A stretch of DNA of 64,000 nucleotides from Flavobacteriales bacterium (GTDB taxonomy: Bacteria > Bacteroidota > Bacteroidia > Flavobacteriales > UBA7312): contig JBMHBP010000009.1 in the NCBI GenBank assembly GCA_049890295.1, forward strand, positions 12,569 through 76,568, given 5' to 3'. How positions within the stretch are numbered: the first letter of the stretch is position 1; each line of letters starts with the position of its first letter. Positions 10,214 through 19,684 of the stretch are shown one piece after another. The position numbers were made by a program, and so were the translations under genes. Below the pieces are notes generated by a model. It did not search any database. It was not told the origin of the DNA and was given only the letters and a program-made list of their open reading frames with translations.

Positions 10214-11383
10214 ATGTTTAACTATCTAAGGTTATTATTTTCAAGATCTTTTTTTGAATCTATTTCGACTTTATCCTATTTTACTTCTGAAAAACAGTAT
10301 GATATTCTGTTTTATTATCCTCAACATTTGTTTAATAAAAAAGATAAATCATCTTTTATATTTAGAAACTTTTTAGAAACTGTAAAAAAAGAAAATAAAA
10401 AGTATCTTCTGATAGAAGAGCCTAATATTTTCTTGAAAAAAGAAAGAAATAATGACGCTAGACCAATAGATATTCTATGGTTAATAACCATTATTTTAAG
10501 GAAGTTGTTCAAAGGAAAAAACTTCACTGAAATCGACAATAAAATTGGTAGTTTTTACTATAAATTATTTATAAAATCAAAAGTAAGAAGAGTAATATCT
10601 ACAACCCAAAGTTTTCAGTCTGTATTGAAAGGAATGTTTCCCGATGCAATTCACTATGATTATCAGCATGGGCTGATTTCTTCATCATGTTATGGATACA
10701 TTGATGGGGATAAAATTTCAAATCAAATAGTATTTAATAACGTTAAATTGTTACTTTTTGGAAATGCTTTTCAGCAAAGATTATCAGCTTTAAAAAGTGG
10801 TAATTACATTATAAAAAATTCATATGTTATAGGATCAACTTATAAAAATTATAAATCACCAAAATCGCAATTCAATAAGAAAATTTTGTTTTCCCTTCAA
10901 TTTACCCCAAGTCATTCTCATAAAAAAAATAACTATTTGCTTGAGAAGACTTTGCAATTTTTTAAAGAAATTGATAATAGTGATTTAAATGTAACTATAT
11001 ATTTAAAATCACATCCCAGATTTCAAGACTGTATTGACATTTCAAGTCTTTTTCATTTTAATTTTATTAGGATAGCCCCCACAAACTTAAATGATTGTTT
11101 TAATATTTGTTCCTTGCATATTACAGAATACTCCACCGTTATCTTTGATTCACTTGTTTACGGAATACCAACGGTTTTAAGTCAATTCTCAGACGAATTT
11201 AATTGTATATTGGAGGAGTATGATTTTCCTATTGAAAACGATTCAATTATTAAAAACATAAAAAAAATGGAATCAATAACTCATTATCAATCTGTATTAT
11301 CTGAACAAATCAATTGGTCCAAACAACTATTTTCCCCCTTTAACAGAGAGTATTTTTCAAGTATAATTAATGGGGATAGTTGA
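10214..11383 (+). CDS. Hypothetical GT-B-like protein, possibly of the TagF / CDP-glycerol glycerophosphotransferase or capsule-synthesis family
   Basis: LKSHPRF followed about 40 aa later by HITEYSTVIFDSLVYGIPTV resembles the TagF-type KxHP ... DYSS..FD...KP pattern. The assignment rests on motif resemblance only. Confidence 0.4.
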   Translation: MFNYLRLLFSRSFFESISTLSYFTSEKQYDILFYYPQHLFNKKDKSSFIFRNFLETVKKENKKYLLIEEPNIFLKKERNNDARPIDILWLITIILRKLFKGKNFTEIDNKIGSFYYKLFIKSKVRRVISTTQSFQSVLKGMFPDAIHYDYQHGLISSSCYGYIDGDKISNQIVFNNVKLLLFGNAFQQRLSALKSGNYIIKNSYVIGSTYKNYKSPKSQFNKKILFSLQFTPSHSHKKNNYLLEKTLQFFKEIDNSDLNVTIYLKSHPRFQDCIDISSLFHFNFIRIAPTNLNDCFNICSLHITEYSTVIFDSLVYGIPTVLSQFSDEFNCILEEYDFPIENDSIIKNIKKMESITHYQSVLSEQINWSKQLFSPFNREYFSSIINGDS

Positions 11384-12519
11384 TGAAGAGTTATTGTATA
11401 TTAACCCCTTATTTCCCTAATAAAGAATCTTTTAGAGGAAGTTATTTATTGGATCAAGCTAAAGCAATTCAAAAGCATTCTTCTTATGATGTAAAAGTAA
11501 TTGTTTTTAACTCAATTTTCTCTCAAAACTTTAAGCCATATATTATTGAAGGAATTCGATGTTATTATTTTGGGCTAATTGATTTCCCTTCGTTTATTTT
11601 TCCAGGATTTTTTAATAAATTAAATTTAATGAGGTTTGGAAAATTTTTAAATAACTATGGATTTAAAATAAGTTCATCATCCATTATTCATACTCACATA
11701 AATTACCCATCAACAACTTTCATTAATTACTTTAAAAGTAAATATAATTCCAAAACTATATTACAACATCATGGATTGGATATTTTACAATATGAAACAG
11801 GAATAAAAATACCCATCCTTAAAACTATTCAAAATAAATTTTTGAAAAAATGGTTTTTCAATTCAAATGATAATATTGATTATCATATTGTAATTAGTCA
11901 AAGGATGAAGATTGAACTTCTAAAAATAGATAGTAGTTTAATTGATAAAATTAAAATTTGTATCAATGGAGTTGACACATCAAAGTTTTATAAGTTAAAT
12001 CAACCAAAAAATAATAATAATTTTATAATTGGGTGTGTAGCAAATTTTTGGAAGTTAAAAGATCATATTACCTTATTAAAAGCGGTAAATATTTTGAAAA
12101 TGAAAGGGTATGAGAATATTCAATTAAAATTAGTTGGTAGTGGTGAAACACTGTCCACTTGTAAAAGTTTCGTCAATAATCATAATATTGATTGTGAATT
12201 TATAGAGTCTATTGATCATAATCAGCTAAATACTTTTTATAATAGTTTAGATTTATTTGTAATGCCATCATACTATGAAGCATTGGGTTGCGTATATTTA
12301 GAGGCTTTAGCTTGCGGTATTCCGTTTATTGGTGTTGAAAATCAAGGAGTAGAGGATATTGTTAAGGTTGATCATAAGCAACTTCAGTTGATTAAAAAAG
12401 AAAACTTCCTTCAGCTTTCTGAAAAAATTGAATATTTTATGACAAATGAAATAACAATTAACTTTAATGATGATTTTGATATAAATCATACTATTCCTAA
12501 ATTATTATCGGAATTTTAA
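11380..12519 (+). CDS. Glycosyltransferase family 4 (GT-B)
   Basis: E-x7-E region YYEALGCVYLEALACGIPFIG. ATGA overlap with the upstream gene. Confidence 0.8.
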   Translation: MMKSYCILTPYFPNKESFRGSYLLDQAKAIQKHSSYDVKVIVFNSIFSQNFKPYIIEGIRCYYFGLIDFPSFIFPGFFNKLNLMRFGKFLNNYGFKISSSSIIHTHINYPSTTFINYFKSKYNSKTILQHHGLDILQYETGIKIPILKTIQNKFLKKWFFNSNDNIDYHIVISQRMKIELLKIDSSLIDKIKICINGVDTSKFYKLNQPKNNNNFIIGCVANFWKLKDHITLLKAVNILKMKGYENIQLKLVGSGETLSTCKSFVNNHNIDCEFIESIDHNQLNTFYNSLDLFVMPSYYEALGCVYLEALACGIPFIGVENQGVEDIVKVDHKQLQLIKKENFLQLSEKIEYFMTNEITINFNDDFDINHTIPKLLSEF

Positions 12520-12522
12520 TCA

Positions 12523-13677
12523 ATGAACTCTATAATAAAATACATAGCATTTATTTTTTTATTTGTAAATGTGGTTTTTAGTATTAAAAACGGAGGTGAG
12601 GTTGGTTCAATCCTGTTTTATATTTGTATGGGTCTAGCTTTATTTACCATAATCCTTTCTCCATATTTGTTAAAAGAAACAATTTTTAATAAAGGATTTT
12701 CTTTATTTTACTGGATTAACCTGATAAACCTAATTTATTTCATTGCTTTAGATTTTGGTGATATTGAATCGTTCAAATATTTAATTGCTAGGTTTGTTCA
12801 GTTTAGTCTATTTTCCTTTAGTATTTTACTTCTTAAAGACAACTTTGTTAGTCATTTAATCACTTTCTTAAAATATTTATGTTTTCTATCATTGTTTTTA
12901 TCATTCATAATTGATACTCCGGGAATATCAACTAGATATATGGGAATATTTTTTAATCCTAATGAATTTTCAATTTTAATGGTAACAGGTTTTGCTATTT
13001 TTCTATTTGATGAAAAAAAAATATTTATAAATTATTTAGCTCTAATTTTATTCTTACTTGCTATAATTTTATCAGGCTCTAGATCAGCTATTCTGGGAAT
13101 TGTTCTATCCCTAATAGTTTATTTTAATCATCACGGTTTAAAAAATATTTTTAACCTTTTTTTTATTTGTGGTTTCACGATAGTCTTTACATACTTCACA
13201 GGTGATTATAATGCTATTACAAGAATTTTTAATGAAGATCTTTTTTCAAATAGAATATATGAATATTTGTATGCTATAGAAACCCTCATGCAAAAACCAG
13301 TTTTTGGCTACGGGCTTAAAAATTACGCCTATATAGATACGTCATTAATTTCCTTCGATGATGTACAAATTGATTTTGGTGCTCACAATGGTTATTTATC
13401 TTTGTTAGTTCAGTATGGTCTTTTTTTCGGATTTATTTACCTAATTATATTACTTTATAATTTGATAAGAATTTTTCTTTCTGATAAGAAAATATTTGGC
13501 GAAAATATACTTCACACCAAGTTCCTTGTATTTATATTAATTTATAGTTTGGTAAATGGAATGTTTGAGAATAATTTTGTTGGAATCAATTTCTTTCAAA
13601 GTAATTTATTTTGGCTAGTACTAGGCTATTTAATTTATAAAAAATACAGACATGAGAGTCATAGCCTATCTAACTGA
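12523..13677 (+). CDS. wzy: O-antigen polymerase/ligase-like membrane protein (Wzy family)
   Basis: About 10 hydrophobic segments. Wzy_C-like loop GAHNGYLSLLVQYG. The gene sits among glycosyltransferase genes. Confidence 0.7.
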   Translation: MNSIIKYIAFIFLFVNVVFSIKNGGEVGSILFYICMGLALFTIILSPYLLKETIFNKGFSLFYWINLINLIYFIALDFGDIESFKYLIARFVQFSLFSFSILLLKDNFVSHLITFLKYLCFLSLFLSFIIDTPGISTRYMGIFFNPNEFSILMVTGFAIFLFDEKKIFINYLALILFLLAIILSGSRSAILGIVLSLIVYFNHHGLKNIFNLFFICGFTIVFTYFTGDYNAITRIFNEDLFSNRIYEYLYAIETLMQKPVFGYGLKNYAYIDTSLISFDDVQIDFGAHNGYLSLLVQYGLFFGFIYLIILLYNLIRIFLSDKKIFGENILHTKFLVFILIYSLVNGMFENNFVGINFFQSNLFWLVLGYLIYKKYRHESHSLSN

Positions 13678-14728
13678 GCCAGCATCTTATACTATTGATT
13701 TAGTTAGGTCAGTTCATGAGAAACGTTCAATTTTTTATCGGTTCTTATTTAAAAACTCATTTACAAAAGGCTCAAAAGATTCAACACCACATTTTTTATT
13801 CCTAGACGATTATAATCTTATAACTCGTTTTCGAATTTTAAAAAGTGATTATCTCTTACACGATGCTATAATTTTTAATGGTTACGACTCCATATCATTT
13901 CTATTTTTATGGATTATTCACATTACATCAAAAATAAAAAAACCCATAGCAATAGAATCTGACACTCCACTTAAAATCCCAAATTTTTTTCTAAAAAGAA
14001 TTATAAAAAAGGTATATCTAAATTACTTATTTAAAAATTCAAATCTTCACGCTTTAGTTGGTGGAACGTTACATCAAGTTAATCTTTTTAAATATTATGG
14101 AATGCCAGCCAAAAGAATACATTTTCTACCTATGGTGATAGATGTAAAAAAATTCAATTTAGCTGTCAACAGAAACCGATCAAAAATATTTACCTTTTTA
14201 TTTGTAGGAAGATTTATTCCTCTTAAACAAATTGACGTAATCATAAGTGAATTTTTACTAGTTTTCGAAAATAAATTTGAGGTACAATTAGTATTGATAG
14301 GTGATGGTGAATGCTATAAACCGCTTCACCAACAGTATTCCAATTACAAAAACATAATATTCAAAGGAAAGTTATTTGGACAAGACTTAATAAATGAATA
14401 CGAAAAGGCACATGTTTTAGTTTTAGCATCAAATAATGAAAACTGGGGGTTGGTTATCAACGAAGCTATGGCAGCAGCATTACCAGTTTTATCTAATAAA
14501 GGAATTGGAGCAAATCATGATTTAATAGATGATAAACAAACAGGTCTAATTTTTGATTCTAAACTAAAAGGGGATTTAGCTCAAAAAATGAATCTTATTT
14601 ATAATGATAATGACCTTTTTATGAACTTTGCAGAAAATGCATATAATAAAATGCACAACCACTGGAATTTTAATCTTTACGACAGTCAATTACAAATTGC
14701 TATAAAAAAAATGATTAATGATAAATAA
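13652..14728 (+). CDS. Glycosyltransferase family 4
   Basis: NENWGLVINEAMAAALPVLS (E-x7-E region). The start overlaps the wzy 3' end by 26 nt. Confidence 0.75.
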   Translation: MRVIAYLTEPASYTIDLVRSVHEKRSIFYRFLFKNSFTKGSKDSTPHFLFLDDYNLITRFRILKSDYLLHDAIIFNGYDSISFLFLWIIHITSKIKKPIAIESDTPLKIPNFFLKRIIKKVYLNYLFKNSNLHALVGGTLHQVNLFKYYGMPAKRIHFLPMVIDVKKFNLAVNRNRSKIFTFLFVGRFIPLKQIDVIISEFLLVFENKFEVQLVLIGDGECYKPLHQQYSNYKNIIFKGKLFGQDLINEYEKAHVLVLASNNENWGLVINEAMAAALPVLSNKGIGANHDLIDDKQTGLIFDSKLKGDLAQKMNLIYNDNDLFMNFAENAYNKMHNHWNFNLYDSQLQIAIKKMINDK

Positions 14729-15449
14729 ATTTATTAGAAATAGCATTTTTAAGCTGTCATCAATTTATTATTGTAACGATGATAGTAAAGTAATTTTTTA
14801 TCACGACATACATCATAAAAAAACCTATTACGAACACTCAACGCCATTTGATTTATTTAAACAACATATTGAAACAATTAGAAAAAATAATTTAAAAATA
14901 GTTAATGAAATTACGGAGAAATCTAATCAAGTTAAATTACAATTTGATGATGGTTACAAAGGTATACATGATTGCATTGAAATGATAATAGAGTTAAATG
15001 TTCCTATTGAAGTTTTCGTTTCAACAGCTTTCATTGGTCAAAAAAGTTATTTAACCATCACACAAATGAATGAGCTTTTAAAAACAGGTCTTGTTCATTT
15101 TTCTTCTCATACTCACAATCATGTCAATCTCAGTGAATGTGATGATAAAAAAATAGATTATGAACTTAAAAAATCAAAAGAAGTATTAGAGTATATATGT
15201 AATTCTAATATTAATTCAATATGTTATCCGTTTGGTAGTTTTTCAAAAAAAGTGATGGAACTATGCGAAAGTAATGGCTATCAAAAACAGTATTCATCAT
15301 TACCTGGAAGTTTTCACAATAGATTTATGTCTAAAGTAATTAGAAGAAATTTAGTTCAGCATGCTACTAATAGCGAATTGAAATCAGTCTTAAAAGGTGC
15401 TCATCAAATAATGAATAGGCGATATTTAAACAATCATTTTTCAGAATGA
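14718..15449 (+). CDS. Polysaccharide deacetylase (NodB homology domain)
   Basis: QFDDGY (TFDDG-like motif 1) and SHTHNH (H-S/T-x-x-H motif 2). 11-nt overlap with the upstream gene. Confidence 0.7.
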   Translation: MINKFIRNSIFKLSSIYYCNDDSKVIFYHDIHHKKTYYEHSTPFDLFKQHIETIRKNNLKIVNEITEKSNQVKLQFDDGYKGIHDCIEMIIELNVPIEVFVSTAFIGQKSYLTITQMNELLKTGLVHFSSHTHNHVNLSECDDKKIDYELKKSKEVLEYICNSNINSICYPFGSFSKKVMELCESNGYQKQYSSLPGSFHNRFMSKVIRRNLVQHATNSELKSVLKGAHQIMNRRYLNNHFSE

Positions 15450-16576
15450 AAGTACTGGTAGTTATTCCATATTTTGCTCCTGCATATTCATATGGAGGTG
15501 CAGTATTTGCTGCTTATCATTTAAGTAATGAAGCATCTAAAAATGGTATGAAGATATCAATATCAACTACTAATGCTAATAGCAATTCTAAACTCGATGT
15601 TAAAATAAACCAGTATATTGATGTTGAAGGATTGAGCGTTAAATACTACAACACTGGGATATTACCTTTCTTTTCATTCAAAATGCTATATGGCCTCTTT
15701 AATGATATAAAAAAATCAGATGTTATCCATATTCAGTCAATTTATTCACTTTCAACGCCATTATCTCTGTTGTATGCCTATTTTTTAAACAAAACAATAT
15801 TATTATCACCTAGAGGTAGTCTGGCATCTTGGAGTTTTAATCATAAAGGTATTTTTAAGCGATTTTGGATTAAATTCCTTATAGCACCATTCATAAAAAA
15901 GATACATTTTCACGCTACATCCATTAGAGAAGAAAATGAAATAAAGTATTTCTTTCCAACCTCTTCCATTGAACTTCTTTCAGATGGCACAAAACCAATT
16001 AAAAACTATCCTAACAAAGAATCTAAAATTTATGATTGGGATGGTAAGTTTTACATAGCTTGTTTGGGTCGTTTGCATAAAGTCAAGGGTTATGATATTA
16101 TGATTAATGCTATGCCATCTATTTTAGAAAAATTTCCAGATATTAAACTTTTAATTGCAGGAAATGATGAGGGAGAAGAGCAAAATTTAAAACAATTAGC
16201 CGAACAATTAAATATTTCAAATAATATTGAATTCATTGGAAAATTAAATACTTATCAAAAATTTTCCTTTTTAAAAAATGCACAGTGTTTAGTTGTTCCA
16301 TCACACACTGAAAACTTTGGAATTGTAGTAGTTGAGGCTTTATCTCAAAATACACCTGTTATAGCTTCAAGAAATACGCCTTGGGAAATACTTGAACAAA
16401 GCAATGCTGGCTTACACATTAAAAATACTAAAGAATCATTTGCAAAAGCAACAATGAAAATCTTAAATAATCGAATTTTTTATAGTCAAAACACAAGTAA
16501 AGTTTCTGAAAAATTTATGTGGAACAGAATTGCAATTACATATAAGTCCATTCTAGAAAAAATACATAAACAATAA
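15446..16576 (+). CDS. Glycosyltransferase family 4
   Basis: HTENFGIVVVEALSQNTPVIAS. ATGA overlap with the deacetylase gene. Confidence 0.8.
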   Translation: MKVLVVIPYFAPAYSYGGAVFAAYHLSNEASKNGMKISISTTNANSNSKLDVKINQYIDVEGLSVKYYNTGILPFFSFKMLYGLFNDIKKSDVIHIQSIYSLSTPLSLLYAYFLNKTILLSPRGSLASWSFNHKGIFKRFWIKFLIAPFIKKIHFHATSIREENEIKYFFPTSSIELLSDGTKPIKNYPNKESKIYDWDGKFYIACLGRLHKVKGYDIMINAMPSILEKFPDIKLLIAGNDEGEEQNLKQLAEQLNISNNIEFIGKLNTYQKFSFLKNAQCLVVPSHTENFGIVVVEALSQNTPVIASRNTPWEILEQSNAGLHIKNTKESFAKATMKILNNRIFYSQNTSKVSEKFMWNRIAITYKSILEKIHKQ

Positions 16577-16583
16577 GGGATTA

Positions 16584-17150
16584 ATGAAAATTTTATTAGT
16601 AGATAATTACGATTCATTTACCTATAACTTATATCATTCATTAAGTAAATTTTCGAATGAACTATCTGTTATAAGAAACGATGCTATTAATTTTGATTTA
16701 GTTCATCAGTTTGATAAAATCGTATTATCACCTGGTCCTGGCTTGCCATCAGAATCAGCAAAATTAAACGCTATAATTAAGCGGTTCCATAAAACAAAAA
16801 GTATTCTTGGGATTTGTTTAGGTCATCAAGCAATAGGAGAGGTGTTTGGTTTAAAGCTTAGGCAGCTTAAACAAGTAAAACATGGTGAACACTCCATTAT
16901 TGACAAGGTTGAAAATACATCCTACTTATTTAAAGAAATCAATCTTCCCTTACAGGTGGGGCATTATCATTCATGGGTTATTGACGAACATCAAAAAATA
17001 AATGATTTTGAAGTTACATCCTTTTCAAAAGAGGGTTTAATAATGTCTATAAGCCATAAGAAATACGATATAAATGGAATACAATTTCACCCAGAATCAA
17101 TTTTGACTCCACAAGGAAATCACATAATTGAAAATTGGATAAAGTATTAA
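16584..17150 (+). CDS. pabA: Glutamine amidotransferase component II of aminodeoxychorismate/anthranilate synthase
   Basis: Catalytic Cys in GICLGHQAIG and the His/Glu pair in IQFHPES. Length of 188 aa fits. No trp genes are adjacent, so pabA versus trpG remains unresolved. Confidence 0.8.
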   Translation: MKILLVDNYDSFTYNLYHSLSKFSNELSVIRNDAINFDLVHQFDKIVLSPGPGLPSESAKLNAIIKRFHKTKSILGICLGHQAIGEVFGLKLRQLKQVKHGEHSIIDKVENTSYLFKEINLPLQVGHYHSWVIDEHQKINDFEVTSFSKEGLIMSISHKKYDINGIQFHPESILTPQGNHIIENWIKY

Positions 17151-19630
17151 TAATCGTACCAATCTTTTTTACGCTCCCATTTTAGATCCTGCAATACAGA
17201 AGCTTTTACCCTAATTGTAAAAGTATAACTCTGTCTAAACCCAAATGGAATCCATTTTACTAGCATTTCCCAACAATGTAAGTCTCTGTATAAGTTTAAT
17301 GATGTATAACTTAACACTCTATTGTCAAAATCATAACCAGAGTTAAAACCTATTTTCCATTTATCAGTTAGTTTTAAATCTCCAGAAAAATTTAGAGATT
17401 GATTTAAGGCATTATTGGTCAATAACTTATTATAATCAAGCGTATAATTAACCCCTAAATTCCAGGGAATGTCAAAATCTACATAATCTAACCAATGATG
17501 AGATAAATCATCATTATTTGAATTACTATTTAACCGAAAATTAATACTAGAAGAAGCTCTTACAAAACGTGCTGGAAGATTTGTTTTTGAAAAGTAAAAA
17601 GAGTTCGTACGAATACCACTAGAAGTTTTTTGATAGGGATCAAAAACAGCAGAAAAATTTAAATTGACCTTATTAAATAATCGAGTTCTACCATTTATAT
17701 TAACTAGAGAAAACTTAAGTGAATCAGCTTCAATATTGTAGTTAGTAGATATGGTTAAACTTTCAATTAACTTGAGTTTTTTAATTGGATTAATTGTATC
17801 CTTAGAGGATACCTTCATTTCTAATAAATTGCCTATTGAAAACCCTAATATACTACTAGAATTTCTACTCGGAACGCCATAAATACCATTTTGATAAAAA
17901 GAATAGGTTTGAGTATTTCCTAGGCTATCAATTTGAACTTCGTCGAAATAATTAAAGTTTAAAGATGAAAAGTCAGGTGTATAATTGAATCGTACACTAG
18001 GGCTGATAACATGTCTTATAGCTTTAAATTTATTTGATTTTAGATTCAAGTTGCCATATAGTTTGGTGTTGGCTGATAAGTTAAAACCATAATTATAAAC
18101 TCTATTAAAACCATTTATTGTATCTGTAATAAGGCCATTAGAATTCCATAGTTTTTCAATTCTATCAAAATACCATCGTTCGGAATAATTAAATGAAGGT
18201 GAAATATTGATGTATTTTAATGTATTAAATGAAGTCGAAATAGGAATGGTATGTAACACACCATTTCTGAACTTTGATAACGTACTTTTTTCAAAAAGTA
18301 ATGTGTCCGTTTCTGAAACTAAGTTTTTGAAATTCGTAGTATATTTTAATGCAATTTTATCATACCATTTGCTTTTTGTTGATTTATTAAAGCTTTTAAA
18401 GGGGTAAAATCTATTTACATTATAACTAATTTCGGGAAGGGTTAAGTCAACTTGATTTGTTAGGGTATTCTGACTGTGTCTTAGGTTAATAGATAAATTA
18501 GAACTGCCAAATGATCTACTGTATGAAATCGCAGATTGAAAAGTATTTTTTAAGTAATCACTATCTGAAGTTGAATTATTTTGTTGATAAGAACTACTAC
18601 CCGCATTTATATTGGCAGAAAATCGACTTTTTGGACTAGCTTTTGGATCTTGTTGATGTCTCCATCTTACAAAGAAATCTCTCCGGTCTATTAAGTTTCC
18701 GATAATTGAATTTCCTGTCTTTATACTCGAATAGTTTATATCAAAACTACCATTGAATTTATACCTCTTTTTATATTTGGAATTTAATTTAATATTCCAT
18801 GACCCCTTTGTATATATATCACCAGTTAGTGATAAATCCATGTAATTACTTAGCGCAAAATAATACCCCCCATTACTAAGAAAAAAACCTTGGTTTGCTG
18901 ATTCTCCATAAAATGGGAAAATTATGCCTGAACTCTTTTTCTTTTGATTTGGAAAGTAACCAAATGGTAAAGCCAAAGGGGTAGGAACCCCTGAAAATTC
19001 TAGAATCGCTGGACCAGTAATTATACATTTATCAGGAATAGTTTTAATACGTTTTGATCGAATTGAAAAATGTGGTGGATCATGATTACAAGTAGTGTAT
19101 CGACCTTTTTGGGTATAGACGATATTATCAGGGGTTTTTTTCACTTTATCTCCTAAAATAAATCCTTCTCCTTCTTGTGTTTTGACATTTTTTATTATTC
19201 CCTTTTTAGTGTCAAAATTATATGTAATCTCTTCAGCTATAAATTGTTTTCCATTTTCACTAAACTCCGGATAACCAAATACCTCACCAGTTGAATCATT
19301 CTTTAAAGTAGTTGCAAAAACAATATTCTTATCAGAATCTAGTTCTATAAATGCAGCTTTTAGTATAATGTTTTCATATTCAACCTTAGCTTCGTTATAC
19401 AAATAGACTTTATTATTTTTTAAATCATAATCAATAGAATCTTTAGCATAACTATTAATTTTACTTTCAATGGGATTATCAGAAACAACACTATCATTAT
19501 TTAAATAATCTACATTATTTACTTCTTGTGCATTGCTTGTTGATAAAAGCATCAAAGAGAGTAATAGCAAACATGTAAAATGTGCTATTTTTGGTAAGCA
19601 GTAAAAAATATTAAAGTATTTTTTCAACAA
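17147..19630 (-). CDS. lptD: LptD-like outer-membrane LPS-assembly protein (OstA N-terminal domain plus large beta-barrel)
   Basis: Signal peptide and OstA-like segment NKVYLYNEAKVEYENIILKAAFIELD. A long beta-strand-like region rich in N, S, Y and F ends in an aromatic terminus (...DWYDY). Confidence 0.55.
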   Translation of the reverse strand: MLKKYFNIFYCLPKIAHFTCLLLLSLMLLSTSNAQEVNNVDYLNNDSVVSDNPIESKINSYAKDSIDYDLKNNKVYLYNEAKVEYENIILKAAFIELDSDKNIVFATTLKNDSTGEVFGYPEFSENGKQFIAEEITYNFDTKKGIIKNVKTQEGEGFILGDKVKKTPDNIVYTQKGRYTTCNHDPPHFSIRSKRIKTIPDKCIITGPAILEFSGVPTPLALPFGYFPNQKKKSSGIIFPFYGESANQGFFLSNGGYYFALSNYMDLSLTGDIYTKGSWNIKLNSKYKKRYKFNGSFDINYSSIKTGNSIIGNLIDRRDFFVRWRHQQDPKASPKSRFSANINAGSSSYQQNNSTSDSDYLKNTFQSAISYSRSFGSSNLSINLRHSQNTLTNQVDLTLPEISYNVNRFYPFKSFNKSTKSKWYDKIALKYTTNFKNLVSETDTLLFEKSTLSKFRNGVLHTIPISTSFNTLKYINISPSFNYSERWYFDRIEKLWNSNGLITDTINGFNRVYNYGFNLSANTKLYGNLNLKSNKFKAIRHVISPSVRFNYTPDFSSLNFNYFDEVQIDSLGNTQTYSFYQNGIYGVPSRNSSSILGFSIGNLLEMKVSSKDTINPIKKLKLIESLTISTNYNIEADSLKFSLVNINGRTRLFNKVNLNFSAVFDPYQKTSSGIRTNSFYFSKTNLPARFVRASSSINFRLNSNSNNDDLSHHWLDYVDFDIPWNLGVNYTLDYNKLLTNNALNQSLNFSGDLKLTDKWKIGFNSGYDFDNRVLSYTSLNLYRDLHCWEMLVKWIPFGFRQSYTFTIRVKASVLQDLKWERKKDWYDY

Positions 19631-19684
19631 TAATTAATTTGTGTTCAAAACTAATCAATTCTGTTATTTGTTAAGACTGATATA

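Noticed and set aside
7101-16576. The polysaccharide locus as a mobile genomic island
   Set aside because: No integrase, transposase, tRNA attachment site or flanking direct or inverted repeats were seen. The flanks are ordinary genes with tight spacing.
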